A stretch of 64,000 bases of DNA from a virus. Position 1 is the stretch's first letter. Each line of letters opens with the position of its first letter. The DNA is taken from the IMG/VR virus record IMGVR_UViG_3300010885_016694, positions 3,532 to 67,531 of that record. The stretch is one strand, 5' to 3'. The position numbers and the translations under genes are program-made. Positions 1 through 8,617 of this stretch are shown here, in pieces. Below the pieces are notes generated by a model that saw nothing but the letters and a program-made list of their open reading frames with translations, was not told where the DNA came from and searched no databases.

Positions 1-1
1 G

Positions 2-253
2 CAGGGGTCACCACCAAACCCCAATGCACATATACAACAATATCCTGTACAACCACATCAACCACCACCTGTACAAATTCCACAACATGTTATTGATACA
101 AATCAGATGGAATTTTCTTTTGATAATAGTATCACTGCTATAACAATAAATACAAAATTAGAAGACATCGAAAAGAGATTAAAAAGACTAGACAAAGCTA
201 TAGAGAATGTGATATCATTACTAGAAAAGCATGAGATTAAAGATAAACAATAA
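2..253 (+). CDS. Partial CDS (5' truncated): Pro/Gln-rich linker, QMEFSF motif, C-terminal coiled coil
   Basis: Manual translation of frame 2 is open from the window edge to TAA at 251-253 (QGSPPNPN...DTNQMEFSF...HEIKDKQ*); overlaps the next start. Confidence 0.75.
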   Translation, partial: QGSPPNPNAHIQQYPVQPHQPPPVQIPQHVIDTNQMEFSFDNSITAITINTKLEDIEKRLKRLDKAIENVISLLEKHEIKDKQ

Positions 254-971
254 AGTAGATTTTGTTCAAAAGTTTCTTAGTCCTATTTCTAGGATTAATG
301 ATTTGTGTACTTTAAAAATACAAGCTGACGGAATTTCCAATTTGAGTAGAACTTCTGATAATAGTTTTGCATTGTATGCAAATTGTTTAGATGTTGAAGT
401 TTTAGATTATGAAGTAGATCAGAATGTAAGTTTTTCTGATGTCAAGAAATTTATAAAGGCTTTTGATTGTGTTCAAACACCATCTGTTGAATTGGTGATA
501 AGTAAAAATAAAATTGAATATACATCATCAGATATTAAGTTTAAGTTCCATTTAATAGATGATAACATAATCAAATCTCCAAATTTTACGGTGGATAAGA
601 TAAATTCATTTACATATGATACAGAATTTAGATTGTATCCACCAGTTATAACATCTTTAATAAAAAGCAGTACATTTATTACTGATAGTAATAAAATATA
701 TATCCAGACAAACGAATCTAAAGTTTTTGGAGAATTATCTGATAAAACCAGAGACAATATAGATAGTTTCACTACAGTATTGTCTGAGGAATATACTGGA
801 GAAGATGTTAATCCTCCTTTGGTTTTTAATTTTGATGTATTTAGGAATATTTCAATACTAAAGGTTCAAGAGATGGATGTTAAATTAAATACTGAAAGAG
901 GGTTTATTGCTTTCGATGTCAAAGAAGATAAGTATAATCTTAAATATATAGCAACAGCAATGGTATCTTGA
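231..971 (+). CDS. Probable T4 gp45-like sliding clamp
   Basis: 246 aa, alpha/beta pattern and size typical of clamps; T4-like genome that also encodes a gp44 loader and primase. Confidence 0.65.
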   Translation: MRLKINNKVDFVQKFLSPISRINDLCTLKIQADGISNLSRTSDNSFALYANCLDVEVLDYEVDQNVSFSDVKKFIKAFDCVQTPSVELVISKNKIEYTSSDIKFKFHLIDDNIIKSPNFTVDKINSFTYDTEFRLYPPVITSLIKSSTFITDSNKIYIQTNESKVFGELSDKTRDNIDSFTTVLSEEYTGEDVNPPLVFNFDVFRNISILKVQEMDVKLNTERGFIAFDVKEDKYNLKYIATAMVS

Positions 972-972
972 T

Positions 973-1329
973 ATGAATTTAAATAAAAGACAACAGAATA
1001 AAATTAAGACTCCTGGTTACTTTATAAAAAGACTAAGAGATTGTAAATTTGGTGTCTTGAGAGTATTCCAACAATATGGAATACAAGACCATAGAAGATG
1101 GACAGTAATGATTGACCCTGGTGGTTGTTCTATTTTTGTAACTTGTTATAATAATAGAAGTTTTAATGATGAGATTATGTTTGAATTTAATGATGGTGGA
1201 AATTATTTTCCTAAAAATTTTTCTATTAGCACAGAATCAATAGAAGTTATAGTACAATTATTGATAGATAAAAAGGTTCCATCATTAGATAATGATAGTA
1301 AATTTTACAAGGAAAAATCAAATGATTGA
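973..1329 (+). CDS. Hypothetical phage protein
   Basis: 118 aa ORF coupled to the upstream stop (TGAtATG). Confidence 0.75.
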   Translation: MNLNKRQQNKIKTPGYFIKRLRDCKFGVLRVFQQYGIQDHRRWTVMIDPGGCSIFVTCYNNRSFNDEIMFEFNDGGNYFPKNFSISTESIEVIVQLLIDKKVPSLDNDSKFYKEKSND

Positions 1330-1666
1330 AAATAGTGATGAAACACCTAACCCAAAAAAGAAAAAAGTTGTAAGTAAGAAAAAAATAACTTCCTCTTCGA
1401 TTTCTTCTGAACAGATTCAACGTCTTCTAAAAGAAGCTTTGATGAAAAATATGGAAGAAAGATTTAAGAGAAGTGATGTTGAGGTGGATGCATTGATTTC
1501 CACTATGGAAGAGTTTCTTAGATCATTTATAGTAATAGGTTATAACATGAACAATGAACCAATAGTGATTACAAATGCAAAATCACAATTAGATGCTGAT
1601 GCATTATATACTTCATTAGGAAGGTTGTTTTATTCGATAAATAATGGTGGAGGAAATAGTTTATAA
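1322..1666 (+). CDS. Hypothetical protein with Lys-rich N-terminus
   Basis: ORF track 1292-1666; ATG at 1322 overlapping the upstream gene end is the likelier start. Confidence 0.65.
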   Translation: MIENSDETPNPKKKKVVSKKKITSSSISSEQIQRLLKEALMKNMEERFKRSDVEVDALISTMEEFLRSFIVIGYNMNNEPIVITNAKSQLDADALYTSLGRLFYSINNGGGNSL

Positions 1667-1938
1667 TGAAAAAGGATGAAGAAAATCACCCAATAGTAGG
1701 TCACTCTTATGCCATCTTAACTGGAGGGTATGTTGGTGAAATTTTTGTTTTTATTGAAGAACAAGAGCATGGATACGGTTTTATATCTATACCAAAAAAT
1801 ATAAACAGAAGTGTACCAAAAGATAAGTTTCATTATGGTTTATCACATAATATTGTTGAGCATGTTGAGAAGATACAGACCAAAGTTTTCAATCTATTGA
1901 AAAAACAACATGCATTTAACCTGAATAGTGATAAATAG
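1666..1938 (+). CDS. Hypothetical protein
   Basis: 90 aa; TAATG overlap with the upstream gene. Confidence 0.7.
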   Translation: MKKDEENHPIVGHSYAILTGGYVGEIFVFIEEQEHGYGFISIPKNINRSVPKDKFHYGLSHNIVEHVEKIQTKVFNLLKKQHAFNLNSDK

Positions 1939-1942
1939 TATT

Positions 1943-2146
1943 ATGGAAATAGTAAGACCAATACAAATAACTTCCCCTATTAGCGGAGAACCAGTTAACC
2001 CCCGTATTGTTGAGCGTATGTATGGGGATAAAATATATGTGGAAGCACATTGGATATGCCCTAAGTCTGGTTCTTTTATCAGAAAAGGAATGGTAAAGAT
2101 TTTGGATGCAGTTACAAAAGAAGATATCACTTCTCAATGTAGGTAA
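1943..2146 (+). CDS. Small late protein, degenerate zinc-ribbon-like (SPISG...CPKSG)
   Basis: TAAATA at 1932-1937 lies 5 nt before ATG 1943. Confidence 0.65.
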   Translation: MEIVRPIQITSPISGEPVNPRIVERMYGDKIYVEAHWICPKSGSFIRKGMVKILDAVTKEDITSQCR

Positions 2147-2149
2147 GTG

Positions 2150-2177
2150 TTGTGTTTTTTGAGTTTTATGGTATAAT
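2150..2177 (+). promoter_or_regulatory. Sigma70-like early promoter TTGTGT-N16-TATAAT with extended -10 TG
   Basis: TTGTGT 2150-2155, TGg, TATAAT 2172-2177, upstream of the primase GTG. Confidence 0.7.
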
Positions 2178-2185
2178 CTCTTATT

Positions 2186-3184
2186 GTGAGAAACTTACCA
2201 GAAGATTATGTTGTAAATAAATTCTTTCAGTTTGTCGGTGCTCCTGAAAGAAATAAATACAATAATACATATCAAGGATCTTGTCCTATATGCAGAGAAG
2301 GATCAAGTTGGCTTAAAAAAAGAAGATTCTATTATATTCCAAAAAATAATAGAATCTTTTGCCATAATTGTGGATATAACAAATCTCCTGTAAGCTGGAT
2401 ATCAGAAATTACTGGATCTAGCATAAGTGAGATACTGCTAGAGTCTAATGATTCGGCAACAGAATTAAATTTTGAAGATGAACCACTTCATAAAGGTTTA
2501 GTTTATACGGAAACTTTACCAAAAGACTGCATCAATCTTTTCAATAAAAACCAATTAAATTTTTACAGAAATGATAGAATTGTCCAAAAAGCATTGGACT
2601 TCATGAATCGACGTTTATTGGGATTATCAATTAATAAACCACAAGGGTTGTACTTGTCTTTAACGGATAAAGTACATAAAAATAGATTGGTCATACCATT
2701 TTATGATGAGAACAACAAAATTGTTTATTATCAAACAAGAACAATTCTGGAAACCGATGAATTATGTAAACCAAGATATCTATCTAAGATTGGGAGTGAC
2801 AAAACTATATTTAACATTAATAATATTGATGTATCATTAGATAATATTTTTATATTTGAAGGTCCGATAAATTCTTGTTTTATGAAAAATGGGGTAGCAA
2901 TAGGAGGCATACAAGAGAATTCATATCAACTGTTTACTACAAGACAACAAGAACAGATTGATAAGTATCCGTTTCACAAAAAAATATGGATACTCGATTC
3001 GCAATGGAAAGATAAAGCATCTTTAAATAAAACAAAAAAATTGTTAGAATTGAAACAAAATGTTTTTATTTGGCCCAAAGAAATTGGAAAAAGATATAAG
3101 GATTTTAATGATATAACGATATCACTAAACAAAACTGAAATATCTCCAGAATTTGTATTAAAATATACAATAAAAGGAAGTTAA
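2186..3184 (+). CDS. DNA primase (T4 gp61-like)
   Basis: N-terminal Zn finger CPIC...CHNC, RLVIPF, TOPRIM FEGPINS, and KDFND motif. Confidence 0.92.
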   Translation: MRNLPEDYVVNKFFQFVGAPERNKYNNTYQGSCPICREGSSWLKKRRFYYIPKNNRIFCHNCGYNKSPVSWISEITGSSISEILLESNDSATELNFEDEPLHKGLVYTETLPKDCINLFNKNQLNFYRNDRIVQKALDFMNRRLLGLSINKPQGLYLSLTDKVHKNRLVIPFYDENNKIVYYQTRTILETDELCKPRYLSKIGSDKTIFNINNIDVSLDNIFIFEGPINSCFMKNGVAIGGIQENSYQLFTTRQQEQIDKYPFHKKIWILDSQWKDKASLNKTKKLLELKQNVFIWPKEIGKRYKDFNDITISLNKTEISPEFVLKYTIKGS

Positions 3185-3606
3185 ACTCCCTTATATTTGG
3201 GATCAGAAGCACTGGCTAGATAACCTTTTAACATTTCGTTCAAGGACGTAACTTCCATAGAAACACGAGCAATTTTTTTAGTTTCTGCTACTCTAATTTT
3301 GTCGAAAAGAGAATCTGGAATACAATTTTTTAATTTAGATTGCATAGATTCTGGTCCAGTACCATTCAAAGAATCGGAGAATTGTTCTAAACTTGAAATC
3401 CAAGTTTGTAAAGATGCAACCATTTGTTGTTGCATTTTAGATGTGGCTGCAAGATGATCTGCTGCCGCACCACCATCAACATCAAAATCTGCTGGATTTG
3501 TCCCTTTATCTAGGCTTTGTTCCATTGCCTGACCATCTGTCATCTCTTCTGGGGTGGGTTGTTCGCGTAATACACGGACAAATGCTTTTTGGAATATATT
3601 ATTCAT
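3181..3606 (-). CDS. Late protein, candidate internal head protein
   Basis: 141 aa; TAAATA-N5-ATG; N-terminus FQKAFVRVLRE. Confidence 0.7.
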   Translation of the reverse strand: MNNIFQKAFVRVLREQPTPEEMTDGQAMEQSLDKGTNPADFDVDGGAAADHLAATSKMQQQMVASLQTWISSLEQFSDSLNGTGPESMQSKLKNCIPDSLFDKIRVAETKKIARVSMEVTSLNEMLKGYLASASDPKYKGV

Positions 3607-3611
3607 GTGAT

Positions 3612-3634
3612 TATTTAGTCGAAAATAGTAAATA
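3612..3634. promoter_or_regulatory. Back-to-back late promoters (TATTTA 3612-3617 and TAAATA 3629-3634)
   Basis: Each motif is 5-6 nt from a divergent start codon. Confidence 0.7.
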
Positions 3635-3640
3635 ATTACA

Positions 3641-4003
3641 GTGAAACCTAAAAATTTAAGAGAAGATATAATGGCTAATTCTGAAAGGCAGGTGGCGGGT
3701 GTTGGACCCGGTGCAACAGATCAACCATTCTACCAGATGGCAATACCAAAACCTGATGAAGGTCATATCAAATCTGGTAATATAAATTATCCATTTGAGA
3801 TGGCACGATTTAAGGAAGAAATATTTAATATATTTGAGAAGATGGTAATTCTTCGAAATGAATTTGAGAAAGCAAAAGAAAATCCATCTGTAACCGATTC
3901 ACAAAAAATAGGGTTAGATAAATCAATTAAAAGAATGGATTTGATAAATCAAAAATTAATACAAATACCCGATTTTTTAACTATTTTTAGTGTTGAAATT
4001 TAA
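3641..4003 (+). CDS. Late hypothetical protein with C-terminal helical hairpin
   Basis: 120 aa, GTG start 6 nt after TAAATA. Confidence 0.7.
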   Translation: MKPKNLREDIMANSERQVAGVGPGATDQPFYQMAIPKPDEGHIKSGNINYPFEMARFKEEIFNIFEKMVILRNEFEKAKENPSVTDSQKIGLDKSIKRMDLINQKLIQIPDFLTIFSVEI

Positions 4004-4020
4004 TAATATTGTGGTATAAT
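3993..4020 (+). promoter_or_regulatory. Sigma70-like promoter TTGAAA-N16-TATAAT with extended -10 TG
   Basis: TTGAAA 3993-3998, TATAAT 4015-4020; ATG 4027 falls at the expected +1. Confidence 0.75.
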
Positions 4021-4026
4021 ATAATG

Positions 4027-4449
4027 ATGTGGTTGAATTTTTTAAAACCTATATTAACACTATTTTCTATTAGTTCTATATTCGCATTATCATTTTCAAA
4101 TGATTGGGTTTCATTTTTAAAATTATTTTTAGTTTCATGCTTAACTCAAGTATTTGTTTATAATGTCTATAAACACATTCTACATCTTTCTGCTGAAAGA
4201 ATAAAAAATGATAGAATTAAAGAGTTTTCTAAACAAGGCATGGATATTGTTTGTCCTTGTTATTTAGAAAAGAGAATGTTTGTACCAGTTGAATTGAATA
4301 CGACAAATACATTCAATTGTGATGAATGTAAAAAGGATTGTATAATTCAAATTACTGCAAAAACTTTTAATAAAACGGATATAATTGATTTAGACGGAGC
4401 GGATGCTGCTCTTATTGAAGTCTACAATAAAATACAAAGCGCACCATAA
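4027..4449 (+). CDS. Two-TM membrane protein with C-terminal Cys (CPC...CDEC) Zn-ribbon-like domain
   Basis: Hydrophobic N-terminal segments followed by Cys pairs; start chosen from promoter geometry (ATG 4024 also possible). Confidence 0.7.
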   Translation: MWLNFLKPILTLFSISSIFALSFSNDWVSFLKLFLVSCLTQVFVYNVYKHILHLSAERIKNDRIKEFSKQGMDIVCPCYLEKRMFVPVELNTTNTFNCDECKKDCIIQITAKTFNKTDIIDLDGADAALIEVYNKIQSAP

Positions 4450-4452
4450 TAT

Positions 4453-4848
4453 ATGGAGTTTCAATCAAAAGAGTTGATGTCTGCCGTTGATGTGGATTCG
4501 TCTATAACATACTCGAAACCAATATCTTTGGATGTAAAATCATTAAAAGATGATATTAGAATTTTTATCTTATCGAAAGATAAAGCACTTTTAAATGCCT
4601 TCGAGGAAGCATCTTTAAAAAGATCGCCAACTATATACGGAAATGACACTTTAAAGAATATTTTAAATATATTAAAGGATAATTTGTGTTCAAAATATAA
4701 ACACGATAATGTTAAACAATTAACATTGAGAAAGAATTTTGATATTATTTTTTCTGTATTAGATACACTTACAATTAATGGTATTGGTTGTACGTCTGAT
4801 GAACTAAATACCATTATTTTGGGATTTTTGAGTAATAATTTTATATGA
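4453..4848 (+). CDS. Hypothetical protein
   Basis: 131 aa ORF within an operon. Confidence 0.7.
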   Translation: MEFQSKELMSAVDVDSSITYSKPISLDVKSLKDDIRIFILSKDKALLNAFEEASLKRSPTIYGNDTLKNILNILKDNLCSKYKHDNVKQLTLRKNFDIIFSVLDTLTINGIGCTSDELNTIILGFLSNNFI

Positions 4849-5087
4849 TAAACCGTGTTTCGGTGAAAACTAAATCAAACAAAGAGCATGTAATGGATGT
4901 CGAAACCTATGCTAGATGGTTGTGCTTGGTTGAAGCATTGGAATTTATAAATCAAAAAGCAAAACATAGCAAAATTGACTTAGATAAAGATGATAAATGG
5001 ATTAAGCCACTAGCTATACAAAAATACATAAAACAACGATATCCGAGTATGTTTCATGATTTTAGGATAGAAGAGTATTTGGTTTAG
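4845..5087 (+). CDS. Hypothetical protein
   Basis: 80 aa; ATGA overlap with the upstream gene. Confidence 0.7.
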   Translation: MINRVSVKTKSNKEHVMDVETYARWLCLVEALEFINQKAKHSKIDLDKDDKWIKPLAIQKYIKQRYPSMFHDFRIEEYLV

Positions 5088-6346
5088 ATTATAGATATAA
5101 ATGCAGGTGTAGCGGTTCCAGTGTACATATTACTATAATCGTTTACTGTATTATTGAATGGAGCTTTTCCTACATCATTTAAACAAGCTAAAACTTCAGC
5201 ATTAGTTGGTCTAGTTAAGGGATCTGTAAAATATCTATCAGGATCATCAACATCTGTTATGGCTGGTTTATAAGCTTGTGTGCATCCAATTTGATATCCA
5301 CTAGATCCAGCATCAGTTTTTCCCCATATATTTAAATCACAACCAAAAGGTTTCCAAAATATAAATCTACCATTTCCATCGTGTGCATCATCTAAATCAT
5401 CACCAATAGGACCAATTAATCCATGAAAAAATGAATCAGTAGTCCACACACCTAAAGAATTTTGGTATGGTTTGCTTATCATACTGATATAGTATTGATC
5501 TGGAACATTATATGCATCAAAACAAAATATAAACCATCCTTCGGATTTAAATGGATAATCGTTTGTAACAGTATCATACATAGGATACTTAGAAAAAGCT
5601 TTTGGTACATTATTTTCATTTATAGTTCTTCCTAAAAAGCCTTGCACTATTCTAATAAGACTATCATTTATACTACCACCAACAGAGGCTTTTTCTGTAT
5701 TTTTGATGCCACATATACTATTTTGTATTTCATAATTTATAAATGATATTCCAGCAGAAGCTCCAAGTGGTAAAGCCGAAGTTGTAAATTTAATAACAGT
5801 ATCTGTAACACTATCTATAGTTATATTTGGTGATGCAACCACACTACCAGTTACTATACTTATGTTTTGTGCTGGAACATTAACATCTCTGTCAGGAACA
5901 CCATTATTGAAGGTAATTGCTCCTGGTGCTGTGTTGGTTTTTGTTATATCAAATGTATAAGAAGTGCTTTCAGTTAAATTTAAAGATTTTGGTTCTTGTT
6001 TAGGTGGTAAACATTTTACAGCAACTTTTACTGTACCAGTATTTGATGATGCCATACCATCTGTAACATTATAAGTAAACATATCATTACCAAACCAATT
6101 AGTCTTTGGTGTATATGTAAATGTTTTTTTGTCCCCACTTCTGGTTATAGTAGATCCTCCCAAAGACGTACTATCAAAAGTGTTTATGGTTATATTTCCA
6201 TCTGGAAAAGAATCTTGGTCAAAATCATTAATTAAAGCATTAATATTAATTGGTATCCCCATGTTTGTTTCATAAGAATCATCAAAAACTACTGGTGGTA
6301 AGTTTTTGACACTAATTGTGATTGCATATCCAACTCCTATAGCCAT
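5084..6346 (-). CDS. Virion tip/adhesin with cadherin-like Ig (Big_9-like) domain; paralog of 58727-59983
   Basis: PPVVFDD...NDFDQD...FTYTPKTNWFGNDMFTYNVTDG; start MAIG at 6346 directly follows the upstream stop. Confidence 0.75.
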   Translation of the reverse strand: MAIGVGYAITISVKNLPPVVFDDSYETNMGIPININALINDFDQDSFPDGNITINTFDSTSLGGSTITRSGDKKTFTYTPKTNWFGNDMFTYNVTDGMASSNTGTVKVAVKCLPPKQEPKSLNLTESTSYTFDITKTNTAPGAITFNNGVPDRDVNVPAQNISIVTGSVVASPNITIDSVTDTVIKFTTSALPLGASAGISFINYEIQNSICGIKNTEKASVGGSINDSLIRIVQGFLGRTINENNVPKAFSKYPMYDTVTNDYPFKSEGWFIFCFDAYNVPDQYYISMISKPYQNSLGVWTTDSFFHGLIGPIGDDLDDAHDGNGRFIFWKPFGCDLNIWGKTDAGSSGYQIGCTQAYKPAITDVDDPDRYFTDPLTRPTNAEVLACLNDVGKAPFNNTVNDYSNMYTGTATPAFISII

Positions 6347-6348
6347 AA

Positions 6349-7884
6349 TTAATAGTTTTGTCCTCCAATAAACCCATACCAAGTAGTACCGACTTTAGTT
6401 AAACAAAATATGTCAACTTTATCTTGTACTTTAGTTATTTCTGGAGTTCTTGTTGCTGCCCATTTTACTGGAGTATTATTTATTTTCCAATTAGTTACAT
6501 TAAAAGGAGCTATATTAGTTCCTTTTTGGGTTATAAAAAGAGATACGGTATATGAATCTGCTGGTTCATCAGTAAATGTAAATTCGGTTATATTTCCTGT
6601 CATATTTATTGTAAATATGTTTGAGGATTTTATGGATAATGATACATTTCCACTAGATCCTCCAACAGTATATTTTTCCGAATGATTTTTTATTATTAAT
6701 CTTCCTGACATTTCTCCACCAGAAAGTGGTAAAAAATTGTCATCTACATAAGATTTTTTAGCTAAATTACCAGATGTGTTTGATACCAAAGTATCAACAT
6801 AAACTTTAGTAACAAGATTTCTAGCAACTGCTGGATTATCATAAGGTGCTGTAATATAACCTTGAGTCATTGTGCCACCAGATAATGGCAAATAGTTCGA
6901 AAGATTACTAAATTTAACATCTACATAATTTTTAGTTGAAGCTTGTTTTGGATCTGATAACAATACTGGATCTTCGTTTAAGATCAATTTTCCAGTCATT
7001 GTATCATTTCCAGAAATATGTACAAAATTGCTATTTACATATGATTGTTTCGCTAAAAGTCCAGAAACCCCACTTAATGTAGTATCAACATAATTTTTAT
7101 TGGTTGCATGACCAGATAAAGTAGGTAATCCACCTAGTGTCAAATAACTACCAACTTCCATCGAATCGGTAGATTTTTTTAAATATGTGGTATTATTGGT
7201 ATTTCCAGCATTTGTTAATTTTGTTGTTATCTGGTCATCAACATATTTTTTATTTGCTGCTACGTTATCACCCTGTCCAGTTACATCACCAACGAGATAC
7301 AAATATCCCGTCATTGGTTTGGAAGCTCCACCAGATAGAGGAACAAATTTATCTACATAATTTTTATTGGCTGCTTGTTCTGCTGATATTGGATCATTAT
7401 ACAAATGTAAATATCCAGACATTTTTTTAGACTGTCCTCCAGATAAAGGAACATAAGCACCAGATAATTTGTCTACATATTGTTTATTCACCGCATCATT
7501 TGCAGATAATGGTGTATCTAGATTCTTGATTCTGTAATTGTGCATGTCCACAATACTATAAAATTCAGAAGTTCCGCTAACTGTCAGTGTATTGTTGAGA
7601 TACAATGGACCCGCCATTTTTTCTGTTTGTAGATAATTTAATCCTCCTTTATCTAATTTTGATTGAAGTTGTTGGTTTGCGGTATTTACTGAATTTTGTA
7701 ATGTAGTTAATCTTGTGTTTAAACCAGCTAAAACATCACCGCTAATTTTTTTAGACAATGTATCTAATCTTATCTTTTTAGTAAAATATGTTCCTCTATT
7801 GCTATCACCAACATCAAATACAGTATAATCCGTATCTTTGATAACAGATGATTCGTCTAGTCTATTTATAAAAGAATCTGGCAT
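6349..7884 (-). CDS. Tail fibre shaft protein with PLSGGxMxG...NKxYVD repeats and C-terminal adapter domain
   Basis: About six repeats of YVPLSGG-M-G-L...A-NK-YVD; ends WYGFIGGQNY. Confidence 0.8.
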   Translation of the reverse strand: MPDSFINRLDESSVIKDTDYTVFDVGDSNRGTYFTKKIRLDTLSKKISGDVLAGLNTRLTTLQNSVNTANQQLQSKLDKGGLNYLQTEKMAGPLYLNNTLTVSGTSEFYSIVDMHNYRIKNLDTPLSANDAVNKQYVDKLSGAYVPLSGGQSKKMSGYLHLYNDPISAEQAANKNYVDKFVPLSGGASKPMTGYLYLVGDVTGQGDNVAANKKYVDDQITTKLTNAGNTNNTTYLKKSTDSMEVGSYLTLGGLPTLSGHATNKNYVDTTLSGVSGLLAKQSYVNSNFVHISGNDTMTGKLILNEDPVLLSDPKQASTKNYVDVKFSNLSNYLPLSGGTMTQGYITAPYDNPAVARNLVTKVYVDTLVSNTSGNLAKKSYVDDNFLPLSGGEMSGRLIIKNHSEKYTVGGSSGNVSLSIKSSNIFTINMTGNITEFTFTDEPADSYTVSLFITQKGTNIAPFNVTNWKINNTPVKWAATRTPEITKVQDKVDIFCLTKVGTTWYGFIGGQNY

Positions 7885-7893
7885 ACAAATTAT

Positions 7894-8586
7894 TTATGGT
7901 TTTTGTGCTATTAATGCTCCTACTGAGTTGTTATTAATTGATATTTGTATCTTTGAACTTAACGGTGACTGTATAATATAATTAGTATTTAATACTGGCC
8001 TTGCTGTATATCTTGTTGTTGGTTGTACAGTACTTCCCTGAACATGTATATCTTTTAATAAAAGTTTAATGTTTTTATCTGCTGATGCAAGTGGTGTCGA
8101 ATAACCAAATCCAACTCTATAAAAATCAAAATCTTGGGGATATGGTATATCGGTTTTTAGCTTAAGTACATCATAATACCTATCATTTATATCCTTTATC
8201 GAAATTACCAGATTTTGAGCAAAATTAGTTAAATTAAATCTAATCGTGTTGTATTTCTCTGTTGGTTTTACTAAGGGTGATAATTGTTGATATAAAGGGA
8301 ATGATGTTAATGTATCAAAAGTGATACCTTTAACCGTTACTCGATTATTACTATCAAACATTATACCAATAAGTGAATTTACAACACCATAATCACCTTG
8401 GTATGGTGCATATCCAAGTCCATCATATTTACCCCCTCCATCTAATGTGGGGTTATTGTATAAAAATGTAGAGAATCCACCAGAAGATCCTGCTCCACCT
8501 GATACACAATATTGGAAGGACCATGTAATATCAAAATTTGCATTTACTTGTTGGTTTACAGAAAAATTAAAAGTAGAATCTGCCAT
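7894..8586 (-). CDS. L-type lectin/concanavalin-like virion protein
   Basis: FDITWSF...GGFSTF...GLGY...IGIMFD resembles the legume-lectin motif order. Confidence 0.55.
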   Translation of the reverse strand: MADSTFNFSVNQQVNANFDITWSFQYCVSGGAGSSGGFSTFLYNNPTLDGGGKYDGLGYAPYQGDYGVVNSLIGIMFDSNNRVTVKGITFDTLTSFPLYQQLSPLVKPTEKYNTIRFNLTNFAQNLVISIKDINDRYYDVLKLKTDIPYPQDFDFYRVGFGYSTPLASADKNIKLLLKDIHVQGSTVQPTTRYTARPVLNTNYIIQSPLSSKIQISINNNSVGALIAQKP

Positions 8587-8592
8587 TCTAAT

Positions 8593-8612
8593 TATTTAGG
8601 ATACACTAAATA
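8593..8612. promoter_or_regulatory. Back-to-back late promoters
   Basis: TATTTA 8593-8598 (6 nt to start 8586) and TAAATA 8607-8612 (5 nt to ATG 8618). Confidence 0.7.
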
Positions 8613-8617
8613 CTTTA

